This document shows positions 50,875 to 60,240 of a DNA stretch of 64,000 nt, piece after piece (the first letter of the stretch is position 1; each line of letters opens with the position of its first letter). The position numbers and the translations under genes were made by a program. Origin of the DNA: Desulfobacterales bacterium (GTDB lineage Bacteria > Desulfobacterota > Desulfobacteria > Desulfobacterales > UBA2174); the NCBI GenBank assembly GCA_963668645.2, contig CAXXWC010000019.1, positions 448,001 to 512,000 on the forward strand. The letters run 5' to 3'. Below the pieces are notes generated by a model. That model was not told the origin of the DNA. It worked only from the letters and a program-made list of their open reading frames with translations, and searched no databases.

Positions 50875-52281
50875 TCAATCGTTGACGCTCTCCGCATCGG
50901 GAGCCTCAGTTACCGGTGGCTCGACCTCCTCCGGCGGGTCCGGATTCTGTTCGGCGGTTTGGGTTTCAACCGCCGCGGCTGAGGCGAGTTCGGCCGTCTC
51001 CGGCTCCGCAGCCTGCTGGCTGGCTTGCGGCTCGGTCTCCCCGGGCTGCTGCGAGGCCACCACCGCGGCCGCGATCAAGTTTTCGGCCTTGCTCTGGTCC
51101 ATCTCGCGGACCTGTGCCAGGTCCGCCGCAGATGCCTTGCTCAGTTCCTCGGCCGAAAAGAATCCCATCTCGTAAAGGGTGTCGGCCAGGCTGATGCTCA
51201 TTCCGGGCAAAGAGACCAGTGAGTCGTACCCGTCGCGCATGGCCTGGCTGTACTTGGTTTCACTGATTACGTCCAGATGCCATTTGGTCAGCTTGGAGGC
51301 CAGGCGCACGTTCTGACCTTTTTTACCGATGGCGATGGACAGATGATCGTCGGGCACGATCACTTCCATGGCCCGATTTTCTTCGTCGATGATGACCCTG
51401 GAAATTTCGGCCGGCGACAGGGCATTGCAGACGAACTTGGCCGAATCCACATGCCAGGGGATGATGTCGATCTTCTCGCCGCGCAATTCCTGCACCACAT
51501 TCTGCACCCGGCTGCCCTTCATCCCGACGCAGGCGCCCACCGGATCGATGTCCGAGTCGTTCGAGGACACGGCGATCTTCGAACGCACGCCCGGTTCACG
51601 CGCCACGGTCATGATCGAAACGATCCCCTCTGCGATTTCCGGCACCTCGGTCTTGAACAACTGGATCAGAAAGTTGGGATGGGTACGGGAAAGCACGATC
51701 TGGGGTCCGCGGGTTTCATAAAGGACATCCATGATCAGTGCCCGCACCCGGTCGCCGCGCCGGTATCCTTCGCGCGGCACCTGCTCGCGCACCGGCAGAA
51801 TCCCCTCGGTGGTGCCCAGGTTCACGATGATGTCGCCCCGGTCGAGGCGCTGTACAATCCCGTTGATCAGCTCGCCCTTGCGATCGACGAAAGCCGCGTA
51901 TACCGCGTCCCTTTCGGCATCCTTCATCTTCTGGATGATGACCTGCTTGGCGCTTTGGGCCGCGATGCGACCGAAGGTCGTGGTGTCCATCTTGGTACCG
52001 AGGCTGTCACCCATCTCGCAGTCCGGATCGAGTTTGCGCCCCTCCTTGATACTGATCTCCAACTCGGGCTCGTCGACGGTTTCGACGACCTCCTTGAATT
52101 GGAACACCTCGATCTCACCAATCTCTTCGTTGTACTGGACCTCGATGTCGGCCTTGTTGCCGAAACGCTTGCGCGCGGCCGAGCGCAGGGCTTCCTCCAA
52201 GGCCTTGATCAACACTTCGCGGTCAATGCCGCGGTCCCGGCTGACCTGATCGACAACCCGTTTGATATCCGAGATAAACAT
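50875..52281 (-). CDS. nusA: Transcription termination factor NusA
   Basis: FGRIAAQSAKQVI, DPVGACVGMKGSRV, AIGKKGQNVRLA. Confidence 0.97.
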   Translation of the reverse strand: MFISDIKRVVDQVSRDRGIDREVLIKALEEALRSAARKRFGNKADIEVQYNEEIGEIEVFQFKEVVETVDEPELEISIKEGRKLDPDCEMGDSLGTKMDTTTFGRIAAQSAKQVIIQKMKDAERDAVYAAFVDRKGELINGIVQRLDRGDIIVNLGTTEGILPVREQVPREGYRRGDRVRALIMDVLYETRGPQIVLSRTHPNFLIQLFKTEVPEIAEGIVSIMTVAREPGVRSKIAVSSNDSDIDPVGACVGMKGSRVQNVVQELRGEKIDIIPWHVDSAKFVCNALSPAEISRVIIDEENRAMEVIVPDDHLSIAIGKKGQNVRLASKLTKWHLDVISETKYSQAMRDGYDSLVSLPGMSISLADTLYEMGFFSAEELSKASAADLAQVREMDQSKAENLIAAAVVASQQPGETEPQASQQAAEPETAELASAAAVETQTAEQNPDPPEEVEPPVTEAPDAESVND

Positions 52282-52332
52282 CAGCTGTCTCCATTTTTAG
52301 GGGCCGGCCGGGGCAAATCGCTCCGGCCCTTG

Positions 52333-52836
52333 TCAACCGGCCATCAACCGTGCCTTGACGATTTCTTGGAGGCCAATGGTGACGGTGCGATCTTCCAGAT
52401 CAAGGGTCACCTTTCCGTCGGTGATCCCCGCCAGACGACCGGTAAAATTTTTCTGTCCACCGATGGGCTGCCGCACCCGCAGCCGGACCGCATGGCCGGT
52501 AAAACGCTGAAAATCGACCTCGCGGCTCAGCGGACGTTCGCTGCCCGGCGAAGAGACCTCCAGGTTGTAAGGGCCGATCTCGTCCTCCAGCACAGCATCC
52601 AGCAGGTCCCCGACCTGGCGGCTGACATGCACGCAGTCATCCAGGGTGACACCGCCGGGCTTGTCGATGTAAAGCCGCAGGATCCGGCCGGCCGTTTCAC
52701 GCTGAAACTCGCTGTGCACCATTTCGAGCCCTTCTGACGCGCACAGCGGATCGACCAGTTCCCGGACGCGCTGCAGCACGGCCTCCCCTGAAAGTCTGGC
52801 TTCGCTCTGCAAACTCGTTTTATTCTTTTGTTTCAA
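52333..52836 (-). CDS. rimP: Ribosome maturation factor RimP
   Basis: LRLYIDKPGGVTLDDC..VSR, YNLEVSSPG.ERPL; start uncertain. Confidence 0.93.
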   Translation of the reverse strand: MKQKNKTSLQSEARLSGEAVLQRVRELVDPLCASEGLEMVHSEFQRETAGRILRLYIDKPGGVTLDDCVHVSRQVGDLLDAVLEDEIGPYNLEVSSPGSERPLSREVDFQRFTGHAVRLRVRQPIGGQKNFTGRLAGITDGKVTLDLEDRTVTIGLQEIVKARLMAG

Positions 52837-52883
52837 TAAGATAAAACCCTCTTTAACCCTATCAAAACCCTGCCAGAGAAAAC

Positions 52884-52910
52884 AAAAAACGGGCATAGGC
52901 CCGTTTTTTT
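52884..52910 (-). terminator. Intrinsic terminator/attenuator in the rimP-nusA leader
   Basis: AAAAAACGGGC-ATAG-GCCCGTTTTTT symmetric hairpin with T-tracts on both strands. Confidence 0.7.
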
Positions 52911-53064
52911 CCGTGTGGTAGAATTCCCACCAACAGCCGCGGTTGAACGTGTTGGGTTACCTTCGCATGGGGAACTTAGCTCCTGACGACATGCTCGACA
53001 TTCTACCGCACCAGAAAAACCCTTCATCGCTGCCGGGGCCGCTTTGAAGGGCGGGGCTTCACGT

Positions 53065-53140
53065 TGGAGCGGGCAACGAGATTCGAACTCGCGACTCCAA
53101 GCTTGGGAAGCTTGTACTCTACCAGCTGAGTTATGCCCGC
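53065..53140 (-). tRNA. tRNA-Gly (CCC)
   Basis: 76 nt; GCGGGCA acceptor stem, anticodon arm CAAGC-TTCCCAA-GCTTG, GTTCGAAT T-loop, 3' CCA. Confidence 0.96.
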
Positions 53141-53190
53141 TTACCAAGGCCGACTACTTAAGCCAGATCACATGGATTGTCAATAGCTTT

Positions 53191-53535
53191 TCAAAGCTCT
53201 TCTTCCAGCATGCAGCGCAGGGACTCCAGCTCCTGGCGGACCTCGCTGAGCAAAGCGGCGGCCGTATCGGCCGGCTCCTGGTGCTGGGAAGCGCGCAATA
53301 CCTTGCGGGCACCGGCGATGGTAAAATTCCGGTCGTGAAGCAGATGTTTTATCTGGATGAGCAGTTCCAGGTCGCAGGGCCGGTAGAGCCGATGGCCAGA
53401 AGCGGCGCGCTGGGGGTGCAGGCCGGGAAATTGGCGCTCCCAGAAGCGCAGCACATAGGCCGGCACGCCCACCACGGCGCTGGCTTCCCGGATCCGGTAG
53501 TAGCGTTTATGGGGATCGAGCTGGCGTTGGCCCAT
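53191..53535 (-). CDS. MerR-family transcriptional regulator
   Basis: KRYYRIREAS...YVLRFWE..F...GHRLY...FTIAGAR; the type usually found after pheT-ihfA. Confidence 0.88.
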   Translation of the reverse strand: MGQRQLDPHKRYYRIREASAVVGVPAYVLRFWERQFPGLHPQRAASGHRLYRPCDLELLIQIKHLLHDRNFTIAGARKVLRASQHQEPADTAAALLSEVRQELESLRCMLEEEL

Positions 53536-53582
53536 GCGATATTCCATGCCCGCGTGGACGCCGCCATCCGCACCATCCGCCT

Positions 53583-56012
53583 TCAGGTGGGCAGATCGGC
53601 GTCGAAGATATTGAGCAAATGTGCGCTAATCCACTGGTGCAGCCGGTTGATCTGCTCGTCGGCCAGGGTGACCTGGTCGCTGCGGTACGTAATGCGCAAA
53701 GAGATACTCTTGCGACCGGCCGGCACCGGGGCACCCTCGTAATGATCGAAGATCAAAACCTGCTCGACCAGCGGTTCATCCAGGGCCTGGACCGCCTCGA
53801 CCAGCCGCGCACTTTCCAGCTCGCGCTGCACGATGAGCGTGGCGTCCCGGTCGATGGCGGGAAAGCGCGGAATCGGCCGGCTGCTGGTGCCCGCCGGTAT
53901 CGACTCGGCCAGCAGTTGAACCGCCAACTCGAAGAAGAACACCGGCTGCTTGAGGTCGTAAGCCGCCGCGGTCTGCGGGTGAACCTCACCGATCCGGCCC
54001 AGGCACCGCTGGTGGACAAACACGTCGGCCGTATATCCCGGCCGGGTATAGCGGCACGCTTGGACCGCCGGAGCGGTAAAAGACGCACCCTCGATCCCCA
54101 GCCGCCCCAAAAGGGCCTCGACAATCCCCTTCAAGTCGAAAAAATCGCACGCCGCCTGGCGCTCGTCCCGGGACTGGTCCCAGTGATCCGGACGGCGCAA
54201 GCCGGTCCACAAAGCGGCCAGCTGGGTCGACTCGTCCGGCAGCTGCTCCGCCTCGGTAGAAGCGATGTAGGTGTTTCCCAACTCGAAAAGCTTGAGGTTG
54301 CGATTGTTCAGCGCGAGGTTGCGCGCGGCGGTATCGAGCAGGCCGGGAATCAAAGAGGTGCGCATGACGGCCTGCTCTTCGCTCAAGGGATTGAGAATCT
54401 CCACCTGCCGCCGGCGTGCATCGTCTTCGCCCAGGCGCAGCCGGGCAGCGGAATCGGCGTGGACGAAGCTGTAGGTGATCGCCTCATTGAAGCCGAACCC
54501 GGCCATCAGCCGCTTGAGGTCCCGGCGCAGCACGACCGGGGCTGACGGGCGGTACCCTTCGGCTGGAAACAGCGGATAGGTGGTGGCGATGTGCTGGTAG
54601 CCGTAGCGCCGGGCGATCTCCTCGTTCAGGTCTTCGGGTCGTGACACGTCGACCCGGAACGACGGGACCTCTACGGTGAATCGCCCGGGATCAGCCGGGG
54701 TGACGATAAATTGCAGTGATTCCAGAAACTGGCGGATCTGCCCGGCATCCAGATCGGTGCCCAAGCGCCGGTTTACGGTCTGCGGATCCAGGTCGATATG
54801 CCGCACCGGGGCCGGCCGGGGATGCTCGTCGATGTGCCCGGAAATCACCCGTCCCCCCGACACCTCCGCGATCAGGGCGGTGGCCCGGTGCAGGGCGCGC
54901 ACGGTGCCATGGGGATCGACCCCGCGCTCGAAGCGGTGGGAGGCGTCGGTGGCCAGCCCCAACCGTTTGGCGGTTTTGCGGATCGACACGGAATCGAAGC
55001 AGGCGCTTTCGAGCAGCACCCGCGTCGTGCCGGCTTCGATTTCCGAGTTGAGCCCGCCCATGACACCACCCACGGCCACCGGACGGGCGGCATCGCAAAT
55101 CATCAGGGTGTCGGCCGTCAGCCGGCGCTCCTTGCCGTCCAGGGTGACGAACGGTTCACCCTCGCCGGCGGTGCGCACCACGATGCGCCTGCCCTCCAGA
55201 CGGTCGAAGTCGAAAGCATGCAGCGGCTGGCCCAGATCGAGCATGACGAAATTGGTCACATCCACCACGTTGTTGATCGGCTTGAGCCCCACCGAGCGCA
55301 GCCGATCCTGCAGCCAGGCCGGTGAAGGTCCCACCGTCACCTCGAAGATGAGGCTGGCGGCATAGCGCGGGCAGTGTTCCGGGGCCAGGATTTGAACGGA
55401 GGTGTGGTCGCAGATGGCCTGTCCTGCGGCCGGGATGCCCACCTCGGGCGGGCGCACGGAGCAGCCGGCGATGGCGGCCGCTTCGCGGGCCACGCCGATG
55501 ATGCTCAGGCAGTCGGAGCGGTTGGGCGTCAATTCGATCTCGAAGACCGGGTCGCAAAGCTCCAGGGCCTGATTGAGGGGGCTGCCCACGGGAAGATCGG
55601 CATCCAAGGCCATGAGCCCGGACCCGTCGCCGCCCAAGCCGAGTTCCAGGGCGCTGCAAAGCATCGCTTCGGAGGTCACGCCGCGGATCGCACCGGCCTG
55701 GAGAATCTTGCCGTCTGGCATCTCGGTGCCCGGCAGGGCGCAAGGGGCCAGCATCCCCGCCGCCGCATTGGGGGCACCGCAAACCACGGTCACGACCCCA
55801 TCGCCGATATCGACCCGGCACAGCTTGAGGCGATCGGCCCGGGGATGGGCCTCCACCGTCTGGATGCGTCCCACGCGCACCGATCCGAGAAAAGCGAACC
55901 GGTCCACGACGCTGTCCACTTCCAGCCCGGCCATGGTCAGGGCCTCGGCCAGGTCGGCGGGCGCCATTGCAAGATCCACGTACTGGTTGAGCCAGCTCCA
56001 ACTGACCTTCAT
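53583..56012 (-). CDS. pheT: Phenylalanine-tRNA ligase beta subunit
   Basis: MKVSWSWL, VCGAPN, LTPNRSDCLS, RFERGVD, MRTSL; TAATG overlap with pheS. Confidence 0.97.
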   Translation of the reverse strand: MKVSWSWLNQYVDLAMAPADLAEALTMAGLEVDSVVDRFAFLGSVRVGRIQTVEAHPRADRLKLCRVDIGDGVVTVVCGAPNAAAGMLAPCALPGTEMPDGKILQAGAIRGVTSEAMLCSALELGLGGDGSGLMALDADLPVGSPLNQALELCDPVFEIELTPNRSDCLSIIGVAREAAAIAGCSVRPPEVGIPAAGQAICDHTSVQILAPEHCPRYAASLIFEVTVGPSPAWLQDRLRSVGLKPINNVVDVTNFVMLDLGQPLHAFDFDRLEGRRIVVRTAGEGEPFVTLDGKERRLTADTLMICDAARPVAVGGVMGGLNSEIEAGTTRVLLESACFDSVSIRKTAKRLGLATDASHRFERGVDPHGTVRALHRATALIAEVSGGRVISGHIDEHPRPAPVRHIDLDPQTVNRRLGTDLDAGQIRQFLESLQFIVTPADPGRFTVEVPSFRVDVSRPEDLNEEIARRYGYQHIATTYPLFPAEGYRPSAPVVLRRDLKRLMAGFGFNEAITYSFVHADSAARLRLGEDDARRRQVEILNPLSEEQAVMRTSLIPGLLDTAARNLALNNRNLKLFELGNTYIASTEAEQLPDESTQLAALWTGLRRPDHWDQSRDERQAACDFFDLKGIVEALLGRLGIEGASFTAPAVQACRYTRPGYTADVFVHQRCLGRIGEVHPQTAAAYDLKQPVFFFELAVQLLAESIPAGTSSRPIPRFPAIDRDATLIVQRELESARLVEAVQALDEPLVEQVLIFDHYEGAPVPAGRKSISLRITYRSDQVTLADEQINRLHQWISAHLLNIFDADLPT

Positions 56013-57019
56013 TAAAATTGCCTCAAAAAACGCAGGTCGTTCTCGAAAAACCTGCGCAGATCGTCGATTCCGTACTTGAGCATGGCGATGCGCTCCACGC
56101 CCATGCCGAAGGCAAAACCGGTGTAGCGCGTTGTGTCGTAGCCGACGTTTTCGAACACCGCCGGATGGACCATCCCCGATCCGAGCACCTCGATCCAGCC
56201 GGTTTGGGAACAGACGCGGCACCCCTTGCCGCGGCAGATCACGCAGCGGATGTCCACCTCTGCGCTCGGTTCGGTGAAGGGGAAAAACGAAGGCCGGAAG
56301 CGCAGCCCGGTATCCGGGCCGAACATCTGGTGCACAAAACCGGTCAGCACCCCTTTCAGGTCCCCGAAAGAGACCCGCTCGTCCACCAGCAACCCCTCGA
56401 CCTGATGAAACATGGGGGTGTGGGTCAGATCCGAATCGCAGCGGAAGACCTTGCCCGGAGCGATGATGCGCACCGGCGGGCGGCGCTTTTCCATGGTCCG
56501 CGGCTGGGATGGCGAGGTATGGGTGCGCAGTACGATATTGTCCGAGACGTAAAACGTGTCCTGCATGTCGCGGGCCGGATGGTCCCGGGGGATGTTGAGG
56601 GCTTCGAAATTGTAGTAATCCGTTTCGACTTCCGGCCCTTCGGCGATGTCGAATCCCATGCGCCCCAGGATCTCGCAGATCTCATCCATGACGAGGGTAA
56701 TGGGGTGCAGGCCTCCGGTCGGGGCCGCCCGTCCCGGCATGGAGACGTCGATGCCCGAGTCCTTGGCTTTGGATTGCGCCCGGATCTCGTTCAAAGCCGC
56801 GGTCAGGGCTGCTTCGAGGTCCCGCTTCAGGCGGTTGGCGCCTTGGCCGGCCTCGGGACGCTGTTCGGCGGGAAGCCGGGAAATGTTGCGCAAAAACTGC
56901 GTCAACACCCCTTTGCGTCCCAGGTAGCACACATTGAGGGCCTGGAGGGCCTCTTCGTCCGCAGCCGCTTCGAGCGCCGCAAAGGATTCGTTGCGGATCT
57001 GTTCCAGGGTAGGTTCCAC
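56012..57019 (-). CDS. pheS: Phenylalanine-tRNA ligase alpha subunit
   Basis: HPARDMQDTF, LRTHTSP, FPFTEPSAE, GFAFGMGVER. Confidence 0.97.
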   Translation of the reverse strand: MEPTLEQIRNESFAALEAAADEEALQALNVCYLGRKGVLTQFLRNISRLPAEQRPEAGQGANRLKRDLEAALTAALNEIRAQSKAKDSGIDVSMPGRAAPTGGLHPITLVMDEICEILGRMGFDIAEGPEVETDYYNFEALNIPRDHPARDMQDTFYVSDNIVLRTHTSPSQPRTMEKRRPPVRIIAPGKVFRCDSDLTHTPMFHQVEGLLVDERVSFGDLKGVLTGFVHQMFGPDTGLRFRPSFFPFTEPSAEVDIRCVICRGKGCRVCSQTGWIEVLGSGMVHPAVFENVGYDTTRYTGFAFGMGVERIAMLKYGIDDLRRFFENDLRFLRQF

Positions 57020-57112
57020 GGCGTTGCTCTGTTGGGTATGGCGATGGAGGACCGCCGGTGCCCGCAGCCGGTCGAACCTGCAGGCACCGGGACAACCATA
57101 ATTAAAGCATAA

Positions 57113-57463
57113 TTAAAGGCGTTCGGCAGCCATCTGGGCCACCCGGGCGAAGCCGGCCGGATCGGATATGGCCAGTTCGGCCAGGACCTTGCGATCCAGA
57201 TCCACGTTGGCAAGCTTCAGACCGTGGATCAACTGGCTGTAGCTCAGGTTGTTGATCCGGGCCGCCGCGTTGATGCGGGCGATCCAAAGACGGCGAAAGT
57301 CGCGTTTGCGGACTCGCCGGTCACGGAAGGCATAATCGAGGGCCTTGTCAACGCTGTCGGCAGCGGTGCGGAACAGCTTGCTGCGGCCGCCGCGAAACCC
57401 CTTGGCAAGGTTGAGAACCTTCTTGTGACGGTGTCTTGTCCTGTAACCTGTTTTCACACGCAT
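57113..57463 (-). CDS. rplT: 50S ribosomal protein L20
   Basis: [26 protein letters not shown]. Confidence 0.97.
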   Translation of the reverse strand: MRVKTGYRTRHRHKKVLNLAKGFRGGRSKLFRTAADSVDKALDYAFRDRRVRKRDFRRLWIARINAAARINNLSYSQLIHGLKLANVDLDRKVLAELAISDPAGFARVAQMAAERL

Positions 57464-57605
57464 GATCGATCTCCTCGAAGCTGGCGCCGGCGGCGCACCG
57501 TGTTGCCGACGGCGACCAATTGATGATCGGCAGCGCCCCCTGGCGTGCCGACCGGATATACCCGCACGCTTGAATCGTGCGGGTGGCTTGCCCCCCCGGC
57601 CGCCT

Positions 57606-57803
57606 TTAGCCGTAAGGCATCAGACGCCGCAGGGCCTTCATGTTGGTTCCATCCACAATCCGGGAGCTCCGCAGCTGCCGCTTGCGCTTCGGGCTCTTGC
57701 TGGTCAGGATATGGCTGTGATAGCTGCGATTGAAGGTGTACTTGCCGGTACCGGTGCGCTTGAAGCGCTTGGCCGCCGCGCGGTTGGTCTTGATCTTGGG
57801 CAT
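57606..57803 (-). CDS. rpmI: 50S ribosomal protein L35
   Basis: [14 protein letters not shown]...MPY. Confidence 0.97.
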   Translation of the reverse strand: MPKIKTNRAAAKRFKRTGTGKYTFNRSYHSHILTSKSPKRKRQLRSSRIVDGTNMKALRRLMPYG

Positions 57804-57950
57804 ATCAATCGTTTCCTTTCAAATATCGATGGCGTGAGCGCCGCTATGGGCGGTTCACGCCACGGTATTGCGCCGGCTTTCGGGTCGCATCGGCCTTAGC
57901 CGAACGAAACCGCCGGCGCGGCGCCGTTAAGGTCGCTCAATAGATGAAGG

Positions 57951-58493
57951 TCAGTGCGGTTTGGGCGCCATAATCATCATCATGGTACGCCCTTCGAATT
58001 TCGGTGTCTGCTCCACGACCCCGTCCTCGACGAGCTCCTCGGCGATGCGTTCCAACAGGCTGCGCCCCTGATTGGCCATGGTGATCTCCCGGCCGCGGAA
58101 CATCACCGTTACTTTGACCTTGTCCTTTTTGGCCAGAAATTTTCGAATATGGCCGATCTTGGTCTGCAGATCGTGGTCCCCGGTCTTGGGCCGGCACTTG
58201 ATCTCCTTGATTTGAACCGTGCTCTGCTTCTTTTTGGCTTCCTGTTTTTTCTTGGTCTGCTCGTACTTGAAACGGCCATAGTCCATGATCTTGCAGACCG
58301 GCGGGACGGCGTTGGGCGAAATCTCCACCAAATCAAGGCCGTGTTCCGCAGCGATGGCAAGCGCTTTGAGCAACGGGACAATGCCGACCTGAGTGCCTTC
58401 CGGGTCGATCAAACGGACTTCTTTGGCCCTGATATTACGGTTGATGCGGGTCATATCCGTACGAGTCGGAATAACGCGTCTGTTCAGAGCTAT
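57951..58493 (-). CDS. infC: Translation initiation factor IF-3, probable ATA start
   Basis: INRNIRAKEVRLI, PPVCKIMDYG, KVKVTVMFRGRE; GGAGG 7 nt before in-frame ATA at 58493. Confidence 0.95.
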   Translation of the reverse strand: MALNRRVIPTRTDMTRINRNIRAKEVRLIDPEGTQVGIVPLLKALAIAAEHGLDLVEISPNAVPPVCKIMDYGRFKYEQTKKKQEAKKKQSTVQIKEIKCRPKTGDHDLQTKIGHIRKFLAKKDKVKVTVMFRGREITMANQGRSLLERIAEELVEDGVVEQTPKFEGRTMMMIMAPKPH

Positions 58494-58664
58494 ACCTTCA
58501 CCTCCTCGGTCTGCGCGGTTCATACCGCGACCTTAGGGCCGCCAGACGAATCCGGGCGAGGGCGTCCCATCAGTCGCCAAAATTCAAACTTCAATATACA
58601 ACAGGATAACGAAATGCAAGCGGAAAATGCAAGCCCCATCCCTCTGCCGGCTTGGGCCGGACGC

Positions 58665-59243
58665 TCAGACGGGCATCCTCCCGCTCCCCTGGGACAGGGT
58701 ATAACGGGCCAGGAGACTGTCGCGCCAGTATCCGTTATCAGGGCCGGAGAAGAAGGTCCGAAAAAAATCGAGCGCTTCGGCACGGCGCACCCCGGCCCGA
58801 ATTTCAACCGCCCGCTGGGCATACAACGGTGCCACGGAGGCCAGAGAACAGCCGGTCCCCCCGCCCATGGCGTCCTCGTAAGCATATACGATGCGCCCGA
58901 TGCCGGCCAGCAGGATGGCGCCGAAACACATCAGGCAGGGCTCCAGGGTGGTCGCCAGGGTCAGCTGCCCGCGCCCCCCGGTGCCGGGGATGGCTTCCAG
59001 CCGGCGCAGGGCGATGATTTCCGCGTGATCCAGCTCGCTCGGGGCTGAACCGCGGCTGGCCCGGCGTGCGGCGCTGGCCAGAACCCGGTGCCGGTCCGCC
59101 ACAACGCAACCGACCGGAAACTCGCCGGCTTCAAGCGCCTTGCGGGCCTGTTCCAGGGCCAGGCCCATGAGATAATGATCGTCCAGCGGTTCGGTCAAGT
59201 TGTCGGGTGCCGGGTCAGGATGCATTGCGAATTCATTGTCCAC
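58665..59243 (-). CDS. Zn-dependent nucleoside/tRNA deaminase (TadA-like)
   Basis: GEFPVGCVV, HAE, TLEPCLMC. Confidence 0.88.
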   Translation of the reverse strand: MDNEFAMHPDPAPDNLTEPLDDHYLMGLALEQARKALEAGEFPVGCVVADRHRVLASAARRASRGSAPSELDHAEIIALRRLEAIPGTGGRGQLTLATTLEPCLMCFGAILLAGIGRIVYAYEDAMGGGTGCSLASVAPLYAQRAVEIRAGVRRAEALDFFRTFFSGPDNGYWRDSLLARYTLSQGSGRMPV

Positions 59244-59252
59244 ATCTCGAAG

Positions 59253-59822
59253 TTATTTTCCCGCTTCCGGTTCCAGCCGGCAGATGGTGTCGTCACACGG
59301 GCAACTGCCGTCCACCTCGAAAGCGTAAACGATGCGGGCCGCCATTTCAGCCTGGCGGTCGCTGACGGCCTTTGGCGGTGCAGCGGCCAGATGGTCCAGA
59401 AGCCGTTGGCGGGTCGGCATCGCGTCAAGCCCGGCACCGATCACCTTGCCGCTGGTGGTGTCGAGCACGTCGGCGTCCCGTCCGTTGGTGACCACCGCCA
59501 GGGGAACCACCGCAGGCCCCAGCAGCCTGGCCAGGGCCAGGGTCGGCCGGTGGCGCGTGACGATGGAGCCCGGCCCGTACTTGATCAGCATGGCGGCGCG
59601 CCGGGCTTCGAAAACGACAAAATCCACCGGCACCCGGGCCTGCTTGGCTCCGGCTCGCACCTGGAGCATGACCTGCGACTGGATCCGATCGCGCGAAAAC
59701 CCGCCGCGTTCCACCAGCAACCGGGCGATGTTCTGGCGCAGCCGCTCATCGAGGGTGTCGTCAAGGGTCTGCCCGGTCAGATAGTCGGTCAATTGGCCCA
59801 GGACCAGGTGATGGCCGCTCAT
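59253..59822 (-). CDS. Stand-alone HsdR N-terminal-like (PD-(D/E)XK-fold) protein
   Basis: DERLRQ...L...GF, VDFVV, VVTNG pattern; no helicase domain. Confidence 0.65.
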   Translation of the reverse strand: MSGHHLVLGQLTDYLTGQTLDDTLDERLRQNIARLLVERGGFSRDRIQSQVMLQVRAGAKQARVPVDFVVFEARRAAMLIKYGPGSIVTRHRPTLALARLLGPAVVPLAVVTNGRDADVLDTTSGKVIGAGLDAMPTRQRLLDHLAAAPPKAVSDRQAEMAARIVYAFEVDGSCPCDDTICRLEPEAGK

Positions 59823-60009
59823 ATATGCTCGCTTCCCTTGCGCATCAAACCGCCTTGCGCCGTTGCCCATCGCTGCGGGTGCATTCTGATCCATTTACCG
59901 GTGCCTGTAAAGCCCCGGCAATGCTTTCTGGCAGGCCTTGGGGCAAGTCGTGTCGCGCCCCCCTGCGGGCAATCTCCATCGCCAGGCCGTCAATCTCGAA
60001 AGTTGAATC

Positions 60010-60038
60010 TTGACATGGGCCCGGACCGGTGCTAAAGA
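60010..60038 (+). promoter_or_regulatory. sigma70 promoter of tRNA-Val
   Basis: TTGACA-17 nt-TAAAGA just upstream of the tRNA. Confidence 0.6.
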
Positions 60039-60050
60039 GGCACCTTTCAT

Positions 60051-60125
60051 AGGCACGTAGCTCAGTGGGAGAGCACTACCCTGACACGGTAGGGGTCGAC
60101 AGTTCAATCCTGTCCGTGCCTACCA
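60051..60125 (+). tRNA. tRNA-Val (GAC)
   Basis: 75 nt; AGGCACG/CGTGCCT acceptor stem, anticodon arm CTACC-CTGACAC-GGTAG, GTTCAAT T-loop, 3' CCA. Confidence 0.96.
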
Positions 60126-60133
60126 GAAAGACC

Positions 60134-60173
60134 AAAGGGGCTCCGGTTATGCCGGGGCCCCTTTTTTTATTTT
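60134..60173 (+). terminator. Rho-independent terminator after tRNA-Val
   Basis: AAAGGGGCTCCGG-TTATG-CCGGGGCCCCTTT followed by a T-tract. Confidence 0.8.
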
Positions 60174-60240
60174 CCATGCGCCGCTTGCCGCCGGCCAGCG
60201 CGAAGCGCTGCAGCTGTGCGCGGCCCCCCGCAATTGAGGC

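Noticed and set aside
59253..60125. Type I restriction-modification or defence island at tRNA-Val
   Set aside because: No hsdM/hsdS, no integrase, and no duplicated tRNA 3' end seen in the window
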